Of a stretch of DNA of 64,000 nucleotides, positions 9,699-18,576 are shown piece after piece (position 1 is the stretch's first letter; each line of letters begins with the position of its first letter). Origin of the DNA: a virus (lineage: Duplodnaviria > Caudoviricetes); IMG/VR virus record IMGVR_UViG_2588253758_000006; one strand, 5' to 3'. A program made the position numbers and the translations under genes. The notes beneath the pieces are model-generated. The model was not told the DNA's origin and did not search any database. It saw only the letters and a list, made by a program, of their open reading frames with translations.

Positions 9699-10268
9699 TC
9701 AGATTTCGTTTGAAAATTCATATACTTCGGTAAGAATAAAATCGCCGGCCCCAAATTCACACAGAGATTTCAGGTCGGTCAGAGATTTGCAGTAGTAGAA
9801 CACCAAATCATCTTGGTCGTCCAGTTCATTGTTGAGTTTGATAGTCACATCGCCAAGGGGGCTGTTGTCCAGGAACTTCACACAACACGAGACATAGAGC
9901 GGTTCGTCATTATGCTCATCAACATAGGCTTTGAACATACCGTCTATTTTTCGCTGAAGGTGTTCCTTGTTCGCCTCCAACATCAGATAGAGAATATTGG
10001 CTAACTCCTCAGCGTGGAAGCTATCCAACTCTAATGTGAATTTATCTCCATCGAAATCAGTTCTGACCATCAGTTTGCTGTCTTCGATCACAAAAGATTC
10101 TACTACGCAATTAACTCCGGTCTCCTCAGTGGCTTTGTAGGTTCGCCCATTTGAAGGCTCAACCTCTCCGCCAAGTATTTGCACCAGCAGAAACATCGAC
10201 TGCTTAATCTTTTCGTATCGCTCCTTAATCTCTGCTTTGAGAGATTGTATCTTTTCTAATTCGTTCAT
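9699..10268 (-). CDS. Hypothetical acidic protein
   Basis: 189-aa ORF with operon-like spacing. Confidence 0.7.
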   Translation of the reverse strand: MNELEKIQSLKAEIKERYEKIKQSMFLLVQILGGEVEPSNGRTYKATEETGVNCVVESFVIEDSKLMVRTDFDGDKFTLELDSFHAEELANILYLMLEANKEHLQRKIDGMFKAYVDEHNDEPLYVSCCVKFLDNSPLGDVTIKLNNELDDQDDLVFYYCKSLTDLKSLCEFGAGDFILTEVYEFSNEI

Positions 10269-10270
10269 TT

Positions 10271-10522
10271 TTAGTTGTATTTCGGTTTACAGCGTTTCAT
10301 TACTTGCAAATCATCATAGCCGATACTTTTTAGCTCAGCCAAAAGGTTGGCGTACTCACTCTCCGTGGCGGGAGTGGTTGCAGCGATTACTCCGGTGTAG
10401 TCAGCATCTGAGTGTTGCCCAACGTGCATATAAGAGCCTACCATTAGTCTATTGACCTGCTCTGGGAACAAGGCGATAATATCACCGCCCTGTTTGAATT
10501 TGCGAAAAATTACCTTAGTCAT
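10271..10522 (-). CDS. Hypothetical protein of a type seen on phages/ICEs
   Basis: VIFRKF...IIALFP...SYMHVGQHS...EY..LLAEL..IGY pattern. Confidence 0.75.
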   Translation of the reverse strand: MTKVIFRKFKQGGDIIALFPEQVNRLMVGSYMHVGQHSDADYTGVIAATTPATESEYANLLAELKSIGYDDLQVMKRCKPKYN

Positions 10523-10718
10523 TGTATATGTATTTGTTATGTTTATTTCTATCTTTGTGCTCTCCGAAGTGAGTATTAGTAGTTCTTTGTATTATTTCGG
10601 GTCTTTTGTTTGGATGCCCTCCGCCAACTTTTTTCCAGTTTGCGTTAGGGGGAATAACAGTGAGCAACTTTATTAAAAATCTGAATGACATGAATAGATT
10701 AGGAGAAATTTTAGCAAG

Positions 10719-10826
10719 GTGGACAGGAGTTAACGCGGGCAGTTCCAAAGCAAAATGTCTAACCAAATAATATTGAGATATGAATATACTGCAGTTAACT
10801 TCTGGGTTCGAGTCCCAGCTGTCCAC
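10719..10826 (+). ncRNA. tRNA-like structure (acceptor stem + T arm, no D arm)
   Basis: GTGGACAG/CTGTCCAC stem, CTGGG-TTCGAGT-CCCAG T arm, internal stem GAGTTAACGCGG/CTGCAGTTAACTT. Confidence 0.45.
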
Positions 10827-10929
10827 ATAAATACACTCATTTGAATTTCGATCAGTCATTGGTGCCGCATATTTCGGTGTCAGTAATCTTGAAGTCGCCC
10901 ACACTACCGAAACTGTAATCGGTTTCAGA

Positions 10930-12400
10930 GAGACTGTAATCTGAACTCTGTCCAAAAACACTTACCTTTGTATTATGGATAGGAGAAGTCAGGAGTATCA
11001 AATAATGCGTGATAAGGCATTATCTCAGCTTCGGAGTGGGGAGTCACTCACGGGCAAAGATGGGGCATTTGCTCCACTGTTGAAAGAATTTTTAGAAGCC
11101 GCTTTGGATGGCGAAATGGCAGCTCATCTCGACGAGGCGGAACGCCAGCAAGGCAACAAGCGTAACGGTCGAGGAAGCAAACGAGTCAAAACGATGGCAG
11201 GTGAGATTGAAATAGAGACACCTCAGGATCGTCATAGCAGTTTTACACCCGAGATTCTCAGGAAACGGGAGACCATTTTGGCGGATAATATGTCCTCCAA
11301 GATCATCAGTTTGTATGGTATGGGTATGAGCCTGAGGGATATATCTGCTCATATCGAAGAGATGTATGACGTTGAGATATCGCACAATACGCTGAGTGAA
11401 ATTATCGAACGTATAGTTCCCAAGGTCAAGGAGTGGCAAAGTCGTCCTTTGGAGTCGATGTACACTATCGTTTGGCTCGATGCGATGCACTACAAGGTCA
11501 AAGATGGTGGACGTACGGAGAGTCGAGCCGTTTATAATGTACTGGCAGTCAATAAGGATGGTCGCAAAGAGTTAATCGGGATGTATGTATCTGAGAGTGA
11601 GGGAGCGAACTTCTGGTTGAGTGTATTGACCGATTTGAAAGCACGTGGGATGAAAGATGTTTTGATTGCCTGCATTGACAACCTTACGGGCTTTGCCGAG
11701 GCAATCTCCACCATTTTCCCGCAAGTAATCATTCAGAGCTGCATCGTTCACCAAATCCGCAACTCATTGAAATACATTGCCTCCAAAGATCAAAAGGAGT
11801 TTATGGGTGATTTGAAGACGGTCTATCAAGCTCCCACTCTGGATTTAGCCGAACTCAATCTTGATAAATTGGAGGATAAATGGGGGCAGAAATACCCTGT
11901 TGTTATAGGCTCGTGGCGACGAAATTGGGATAAGCTTAGTGCCTATTTTGCTTATGATGAGCATATTCGCAGACTTATCTACACAACTAATGCTGTTGAG
12001 GGATTTCATCGTCAGGCACGGAAAGTTACCAAGACGAAGGGTGTTTTCCCTAATGATATGGCATTGATGAAGTTACTCTACTTAGCGGTGCTCAACATCT
12101 CCAAGAAATGGACTCAACCCCTTCCGAATTGGGCGTTAACAGCAGGTCAATTACGGATAAAGTTTGGCGAAAGGATGCCTATGGAGTTATAGCCCTTGTT
12201 TATTCTTTTCGGTTTTCCAAACGCAAAGAAAAGGCAGTTTCCGGATGTGAGCAAGGGTATATAAACGGCTCGTGCCTCGCCGCCCTTGCACACATCCAAA
12301 AACCGCCTTGAAAAAGCATTTGTAAAGCCGAAAAGAAAAAATTATATTTGTAGAAATTTAACACGAAATATTTACCAGACAGAGTTTATATTACACTCCC
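10930..12400 (+). mobile_element. IS256-family element, copy 1 (1471 bp)
   Basis: IRs GAGACTGTAATCTGAACTCTGTC / GGGAGTGTAATATAAACTCTGTC; 8-bp TSD GTTTCAGA. Confidence 0.97.
10975..12192 (+). CDS. IS256-family transposase
   Basis: WLDAMHYKV, ACIDNLTGF, QSCIVHQIRNS, YTTNAVEGFH motifs. Confidence 0.97.
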   Translation: MDRRSQEYQIMRDKALSQLRSGESLTGKDGAFAPLLKEFLEAALDGEMAAHLDEAERQQGNKRNGRGSKRVKTMAGEIEIETPQDRHSSFTPEILRKRETILADNMSSKIISLYGMGMSLRDISAHIEEMYDVEISHNTLSEIIERIVPKVKEWQSRPLESMYTIVWLDAMHYKVKDGGRTESRAVYNVLAVNKDGRKELIGMYVSESEGANFWLSVLTDLKARGMKDVLIACIDNLTGFAEAISTIFPQVIIQSCIVHQIRNSLKYIASKDQKEFMGDLKTVYQAPTLDLAELNLDKLEDKWGQKYPVVIGSWRRNWDKLSAYFAYDEHIRRLIYTTNAVEGFHRQARKVTKTKGVFPNDMALMKLLYLAVLNISKKWTQPLPNWALTAGQLRIKFGERMPMEL

Positions 12401-12490
12401 GTTTCAGAGATAAGTTCTTGCACATTTTCGTCTGTAATTTGCTCCACCTTGTCGTTCTCAATGTCGAGACGGACGGTGATATAAACTGTT

Positions 12491-12862
12491 TTAGTTGCCA
12501 TTGTTTTCTTTGGTTAATGTATAGTTCATACTTGTGAGAATATCGCTGATCCAATGCACATTTGAGCAAGCAAAGTCGTGATCTTTGCTCGAAAGGGTGA
12601 AAGTATAACCCACGCTTTCGCTATATACTTCAATCTCGAAATCGGTGTCACCATCCAGCATTACAGTTTGCACCACACAGTCGTGTCCGCATCCGTCATC
12701 GTCGAACCATACTACATAGGCAAGATGATCGGGCACTTCATCCAAGGTAACCACTGTGATGTCGTTACTTTTGAGTAGGTCGATAATCGCTTCGGTTATC
12801 TCTTTTCTCAGAGCCACGATGCGGTCGTCGAAACTGTTAATCAGGTCTTTTGTGTATTTCAT
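12491..12862 (-). CDS. Hypothetical protein
   Basis: Start MKYTKD at 12862; operon-like spacing. Confidence 0.7.
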   Translation of the reverse strand: MKYTKDLINSFDDRIVALRKEITEAIIDLLKSNDITVVTLDEVPDHLAYVVWFDDDGCGHDCVVQTVMLDGDTDFEIEVYSESVGYTFTLSSKDHDFACSNVHWISDILTSMNYTLTKENNGN

Positions 12863-12869
12863 ATTGAGT

Positions 12870-13406
12870 CTACTTTTTGTTGTTACCCGGCACTTCCCAG
12901 AAAATAATACCTGTTTCCTTATCATCAAGTGTATGAGTCAGGAACTCAAGAATGTCGTTTTGAGTTCTATCAATGGTTAGGTCATGTAGGCAAGTAGAGC
13001 CACCTCCATAGCTTCCAATAACCAACACATCTGCACCGAGAAGATGAATTTTGGTGATTCCCCAGCAATCACTATCCTCTACGCTATTAAAGTCAATCGT
13101 ATCACCGACTTTCATTTCGGTAACCATTTTGGATAATTCCTCAATAGAGACTGGGATCAAGTCACCTGGTTCAGCAACTTTAATATATCCGACCAGATTG
13201 CGATCTTCATCTCGGATAGCATCACCATCGGCAATCTCTATTTCATCGGTACTGTAACCTGTGTTAGGTGTAGTGATAGCAAGTTTCTTTCCCATGACCA
13301 CCGTTGCTGCTTTGATCAGCCAATACTCAATGGGCTCTTTGTAGTGTTCAAGAACCAAAATCTGATTAGGGTCCTTGATATAATCGTCAAGTTTGAACTG
13401 TTTCAT
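12870..13406 (-). CDS. Hypothetical protein
   Basis: 178-aa ORF overlapping the upstream stop by 4 nt. Confidence 0.7.
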   Translation of the reverse strand: MKQFKLDDYIKDPNQILVLEHYKEPIEYWLIKAATVVMGKKLAITTPNTGYSTDEIEIADGDAIRDEDRNLVGYIKVAEPGDLIPVSIEELSKMVTEMKVGDTIDFNSVEDSDCWGITKIHLLGADVLVIGSYGGGSTCLHDLTIDRTQNDILEFLTHTLDDKETGIIFWEVPGNNKK

Positions 13407-14074
13407 CGCTTTGTTGGTTTGTTTAAGAAAATGATTTCCACACGCTGCGAGCGTACAAATTCGATTGAGTCGAGGGAGACAATTTCACCATCCGAAATGA
13501 TGTCTTGGTCGTCGAAAGTAACCATATCTGCCTCCAATATGTCGCAGATTACATTGCCGTTTTTGTCGGTTACGGCATAGACTTTACCGTCTAACTCCTT
13601 CATAAACTCATTGTGTTCCTTGAAGATGAATAGGTGTTTGCACGGAGCCATAATGATTCTCAGATTGTACTCTCGAAATTTATCAGGTGTCATTTTGGTG
13701 CCTTTGAATAGGGATTTCGAGTTGCTGAAAATGCCCTTCATCAGTTGTCTGACATACTCCTCGTGGTTAATCTCTTCAACCTCGGCAAAGCACATTGCCA
13801 AGTCATCAACGGTTATTTTGAAGTCATCGGGCAGGCGATTGCCATAGCGGTTCTGATTGATGGTACGGCGCATCTGTTCATCCAGCATTGCGTTACCGAC
13901 ACCGGGATATGTCAGAAATAAATATCTCCCTTCACACTGAGCAATACCAAAGCCATCAAACAGATAGGCTGTAATCTCTTTCTCATCAACTTCGGGAAAA
14001 TCCGGTGTATTTAGCTCCATCGTCAGGCTTACTAATCCGCCTAACTCTTCGATTCTTTTCGCATTTATATTCAT
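13403..14074 (-). CDS. Hypothetical protein
   Basis: 223-aa ORF in the co-directional run. Confidence 0.7.
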   Translation of the reverse strand: MNINAKRIEELGGLVSLTMELNTPDFPEVDEKEITAYLFDGFGIAQCEGRYLFLTYPGVGNAMLDEQMRRTINQNRYGNRLPDDFKITVDDLAMCFAEVEEINHEEYVRQLMKGIFSNSKSLFKGTKMTPDKFREYNLRIIMAPCKHLFIFKEHNEFMKELDGKVYAVTDKNGNVICDILEADMVTFDDQDIISDGEIVSLDSIEFVRSQRVEIIFLNKPTKR

Positions 14075-14201
14075 CGCTTTACTTATTTGGTGCGAGACGC
14101 ACTCGCAATTATTTACTTATTTGTTCATTAATAGAATAGGGATAGGAAAAAGAAAGGGGTGAATCTCTCCACCCCAAAATTGATTATTATTGTTTTTCTG
14201 T

Positions 14202-16007
14202 TCAGATTGCGACCTGCAACCCTGCCGCTGAGACCGGAATGCCGATGTCGATGCTCTCGGTGTGAAACTCTTTGAGTTCCTCTTTGACCTTCTCCAATGA
14301 GCCGTAGCGGATAACCTCGCCATCAATCATTGCCGAGAAGTAGAGCTGCTCACCCAATAGCACGTTGGCGTAGATGTCGGCACCATACTCCGAAGCCACC
14401 TTTTTCAGCGAGAAGTAACCATTCGCTTGGTAGGGTTTAAGCGTTTTGCTGACCGTTGGTTTCACGAATGAAGGGTCATAATCGGCGATCATCTTTTCGA
14501 GCCACGTTGTGTGGAATGTGCTGACCTCTTGGCGGAATACTACCTCCGGACGGAAAGAGCGAGGGGAACGGCGTGTTACCGTGATGATGTTTGGCGTGGT
14601 ATAGCTGCTGTCAGCGTGAATGCTGATGTAGGTAGTACCCAATCGGCAATAGGTGTATTGCTTTTTGTCCTCTCGCAATTGAGCAAACGACACCTCACCG
14701 CCGTAGAACTTCTCATCAAGACCTGTGTCGTCCATAAAGTCTTGCAGGTAGTGCTTTGGAATATACGCTTTGTAGTTACGATCACTGCGATAGAGTTCAA
14801 CAGCCTGCTCGGGTGAGATGAGTTCCGGACGAGCACATCTAACATCCCAAGGAGACCTTTTGACAATACTCGCAACGTGTTCTTTTGTTTGTAGATGCTT
14901 CGGTATCTGTTCGAACCATTCAAGCGAAGTCCCATATTGCTCGCAGTATTTCACAAAGTCATCTGTCCATATGGTTTCCGGCAGTTTTGGCAATTCACAA
15001 TTTTTGCGGATATATGCCTGACACACCTCCAACGTAAAGAGTTCGGGATGAGTGTCACGGCAAATTTTCACTACATTACGATCGCATTTCTCAATCGCAC
15101 CAATGAGACGCTCAGGAGTTTGGAACTGCTCGGGCACTCTTTTGAAGTTATTCGGGTCTGCTTCTATCACCTTGTCGGCCATTGCATCGTCCATTACGGC
15201 AAACACAGCCTCCATCAGTTGTTTGTGACTCTCTTTTACAGCTTGTTGTTCAGTGGTTGGCTTGTTGTAGTATGAGTGATATGATGGTGCGTCAAACGAA
15301 ATCTTCTTGTTTTCAATCGCCACCGCAAATATATCGTAGTCATAGAACTGCTTCGGCACAAGCTCGAACTCGGTTGCAGCGACTTTGAGGTAGTATTCCT
15401 TTGTTTTGTATCTATCAGGAGTGAGAATTCCAATGTCCTCTCGTTTGATTTTGAGGTCAAACAAGCTCATATAGAACTCTTTTGTTTTAATCTCGTTGGG
15501 GATATAGCTCAATAGTATCTGCACCCGCTTAACGTCTGATTTAGTCGTTGAGCCGTGATAACCGCCACGAGGACCGTAGGAAGTGATAGTTTCCAAATAT
15601 ACATCTCTCACTCCGGTAAGGGCAAGCTCCAGTGTCCACACCTCAGCGGGAAATAGGTGCAGATACCGGATATTTCGTTTGGTGGTATTCAGGATTTTCT
15701 CCAACATTTTGGCACTCCGCAATGTGGCAGGAACAGCCTCGATGTTTGAATCGTCCTTCTTGACCGCAAACTCGCACACCTCTTTGGTGCGAATATCCTC
15801 GGGTAGGCTCGATAGGTTAAATCCACGCCAGCTGTATGAATCGGCGTTCTTTTCGATAATGCCAACCACCACCTCACCCGTAAGGTATCGATGCGGCAGA
15901 TAGTCCAATAGTTCTATTTTACCTTCTTCAATAGCGGCAGCGGCTATTTCGGGTGTGATTAACTCTTCGGGTAGATTGGCTACCGCTTTGTATATCTCTT
16001 TTCCCAT
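14202..16007 (-). CDS. DUF4116-like repeat protein
   Basis: Repeated P(E/K)xxxT.E.C..AV units (LPEDIRTKEVCEFAVKK, VPEQFQTPERL, IPKHLQTKEHV). Confidence 0.75.
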   Translation of the reverse strand: MGKEIYKAVANLPEELITPEIAAAAIEEGKIELLDYLPHRYLTGEVVVGIIEKNADSYSWRGFNLSSLPEDIRTKEVCEFAVKKDDSNIEAVPATLRSAKMLEKILNTTKRNIRYLHLFPAEVWTLELALTGVRDVYLETITSYGPRGGYHGSTTKSDVKRVQILLSYIPNEIKTKEFYMSLFDLKIKREDIGILTPDRYKTKEYYLKVAATEFELVPKQFYDYDIFAVAIENKKISFDAPSYHSYYNKPTTEQQAVKESHKQLMEAVFAVMDDAMADKVIEADPNNFKRVPEQFQTPERLIGAIEKCDRNVVKICRDTHPELFTLEVCQAYIRKNCELPKLPETIWTDDFVKYCEQYGTSLEWFEQIPKHLQTKEHVASIVKRSPWDVRCARPELISPEQAVELYRSDRNYKAYIPKHYLQDFMDDTGLDEKFYGGEVSFAQLREDKKQYTYCRLGTTYISIHADSSYTTPNIITVTRRSPRSFRPEVVFRQEVSTFHTTWLEKMIADYDPSFVKPTVSKTLKPYQANGYFSLKKVASEYGADIYANVLLGEQLYFSAMIDGEVIRYGSLEKVKEELKEFHTESIDIGIPVSAAGLQVAI

Positions 16008-16014
16008 TGTATTA

Positions 16015-16584
16015 TTAATTTATAGGATGGTTAATAGTTCTGATGAGCTTGTTGTTGCGAAAGACGAAGATTGGAGTTTTGTCGTTGTTGGATTTAGCTA
16101 CGATATCGTCCCAACCCTTGTAGTCACGTCCGTAGAAGTAGGATATTTCACCCTTCTCATCTATGTAGTAGAACTCCAGCCCCTCCAACGGTTTATTGGA
16201 GACGATAGGTAGTGTTGGGGGTAGGATGTCAGAGAACCCATCAGCATAATGGTAGTGCCATTTGCCATCCTTGTATAGAAATAGGTGCCCTTCGAGTTTC
16301 AGAAACTCCGCCTCGCTGCCATAACGAGGAAGACGGGAGCCTTTGCCCTTTTTGTCGTCCCTAATCTCGGCATAGCAATGAACCTTATCTCCATACCCGT
16401 TTGATTTGCCGTAGGGAGTGGGTCTTATCATAACTAAGTTGCCCAGTTCAATGAGTGCCGTCACTCGTGGTTCACGAGCATAAAAATTTCGCAGAATCGA
16501 AGTGATGCGACTGTTGTTGTACTCCGATGTGGTGACGTAGCGAATCGCCCCGTCAGATTGTTGTTGTCCTAAATAGATTGTCAT
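16015..16584 (-). CDS. Hypothetical protein
   Basis: Start MTIYLGQ at 16584; RVTALIELGNL and HLFLYKDGKW segments. Confidence 0.7.
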   Translation of the reverse strand: MTIYLGQQQSDGAIRYVTTSEYNNSRITSILRNFYAREPRVTALIELGNLVMIRPTPYGKSNGYGDKVHCYAEIRDDKKGKGSRLPRYGSEAEFLKLEGHLFLYKDGKWHYHYADGFSDILPPTLPIVSNKPLEGLEFYYIDEKGEISYFYGRDYKGWDDIVAKSNNDKTPIFVFRNNKLIRTINHPIN

Positions 16585-17105
16585 ATCTGTATGTTTTTTA
16601 TTGTTTAACTTACATTTTGAGCTCCCCATCGAATGTGAAATTTTCCTTGTTCGTCCTGTTCGCGACGGAAGAGGGTTTCGATGATGTCGGGTGAGATGTC
16701 GAACTCCTCGAAGATTTCGGATTCATCTTTGACCTCGCCGCTTTTGATAAATTCGTTGAGTCGCTCCTTGGTGAGCACCAACGCCATTAGGTTCTGCTCT
16801 ATTGACTCTTCGTAGGTCAGGTAGTGAACTCGACGCATACCAATGGAGTCCAATCTGATAAAGCGGAAGTAGAACTGCTCCATACGAGGGATGTTCCACT
16901 GCAATGACTCGATAATGATGTCCTCGCAACTCGGTACGTTGGCAGAACTCTTCAGGCTCTGCTGGGTGCAGATCAATAGCCCGTTCTCTGTCTTCTCGAA
17001 CTTATCAAGTATCGCTTGGCGACGCTTGAAATCGACATTGCCCCTAACTACAAACAGCGGTCGTTCTGGGAATCGCTCACTTAGAAAATCGGTATATAGC
17101 TCCAC

Positions 17106-18576
17106 GGGAGTGTAATATAAACTCTGTCCGGTAAATATTTCGAGTTAAATTTCTACAAATATAATTTTTTCTTTTCGGCTTTACAAATGCTTTTTCAAGG
17201 CGGTTTTTGGATGTGTGCAAGGGCGGCGAGGCACGAGCCGTTTATATACCCTTGCTCACATCCGGAAACTGCCTTTTCTTTGCGTTTGGAAAACCGAAAA
17301 GAATAAACAAGGGCTATAACTCCATAGGCATCCTTTCGCCAAACTTTATCCGTAATTGACCTGCTGTTAACGCCCAATTCGGAAGGGGTTGAGTCCATTT
17401 CTTGGAGATGTTGAGCACCGCTAAGTAGAGTAACTTCATCAATGCCATATCATTAGGGAAAACACCCTTCGTCTTGGTAACTTTCCGTGCCTGACGATGA
17501 AATCCCTCAACAGCATTAGTTGTGTAGATAAGTCTGCGAATATGCTCATCATAAGCAAAATAGGCACTAAGCTTATCCCAATTTCGTCGCCACGAGCCTA
17601 TAACAACAGGGTATTTCTGCCCCCATTTATCCTCCAATTTATCAAGATTGAGTTCGGCTAAATCCAGAGTGGGAGCTTGATAGACCGTCTTCAAATCACC
17701 CATAAACTCCTTTTTGTCTTTGGAGGCAATGTATTTCAATGAGTTGCGGATTTGATGAACGATGCAGCTCTGAATGATTACTTGCGGGAAAATGGTGGCT
17801 ATTGCCTCGGCAAAGCCCGTAAGGTTGTCAATGCAGGCAATCAAAACATCTTTCATCCCACGTGCTTTCAAATCGGTCAATACACTCAACCAGAAGTTCG
17901 CTCCCTCACTCTCAGATACATACATCCCGATTAACTCTTTGCGACCATCCTTATTGACTGCCAGCACATTATAAACGGCTCGGCTCTCCGTACGTCCACC
18001 ATCTTTGACCTTGTAGTGCATCGCATCGAGCCAAACGATAGTGTACATCGACTCCAAAGGACGACTTTGCCACTCCTTGACCTTGGGAACTATACGTTCG
18101 ATAATTTCACTCAGCGTATTGTGCGATATCTCAACGTCATACATCTCTTCGATATGAGCAGATATATCCCTCAGGCTCATACCCATACCATACAAACTGA
18201 TGATCTTGGAGGACATATTATCCGCCAAAATGGTCTCCCGTTTCCTGAGAATCTCGGGTGTAAAACTGCTATGACGATCCTGAGGTGTCTCTATTTCAAT
18301 CTCACCTGCCATCGTTTTGACTCGTTTGCTTCCTCGACCGTTACGCTTGTTGCCTTGCTGGCGTTCCGCCTCGTCGAGATGAGCTGCCATTTCGCCATCC
18401 AAAGCGGCTTCTAAAAATTCTTTCAACAGTGGAGCAAATGCCCCATCTTTGCCCGTGAGTGACTCCCCACTCCGAAGCTGAGATAATGCCTTATCACGCA
18501 TTATTTGATACTCCTGACTTCTCCTATCCATAATACAAAGGTAAGTGTTTTTGGACAGAGTTCAGATTACAGTCTC
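17106..18576 (-). mobile_element. IS256-family element, copy 2 (1471 bp)
   Basis: Same IRs as copy 1; 8-bp TSD AGCTCCAC. Confidence 0.97.
17314..18531 (-). CDS. IS256-family transposase
   Basis: 405 aa, two substitutions relative to copy 1. Confidence 0.97.
   Translation of the reverse strand: MDRRSQEYQIMRDKALSQLRSGESLTGKDGAFAPLLKEFLEAALDGEMAAHLDEAERQQGNKRNGRGSKRVKTMAGEIEIETPQDRHSSFTPEILRKRETILADNMSSKIISLYGMGMSLRDISAHIEEMYDVEISHNTLSEIIERIVPKVKEWQSRPLESMYTIVWLDAMHYKVKDGGRTESRAVYNVLAVNKDGRKELIGMYVSESEGANFWLSVLTDLKARGMKDVLIACIDNLTGFAEAIATIFPQVIIQSCIVHQIRNSLKYIASKDKKEFMGDLKTVYQAPTLDLAELNLDKLEDKWGQKYPVVIGSWRRNWDKLSAYFAYDEHIRRLIYTTNAVEGFHRQARKVTKTKGVFPNDMALMKLLYLAVLNISKKWTQPLPNWALTAGQLRIKFGERMPMEL

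Larger units (their letters stand above)
10852..12501 (-). pseudogene. 56-aa acidic hypothetical protein split by IS256
   Basis: Removing the IS and one TSD gives MATKTVYITVRLDIENDKVEQITDENVQELISETDYSFGSVGDFKITDTEICGTND*. Confidence 0.85.

Noticed and set aside
10719-10826. Canonical tRNA or tmRNA call
   Set aside because: No U8/D arm, no anticodon arm, no G3-U70 pair, no CCA, and far too short for tmRNA
10515-10961. 148-aa minus-strand ORF
   Set aside because: It starts inside the IS256 end and crosses the split 56-aa gene out of frame; a chimeric artefact
12108-12311. 67-aa ORF repeated in all IS256 copies
   Set aside because: Alternative frame over the transposase end and hairpin; its recurrence only reflects IS identity
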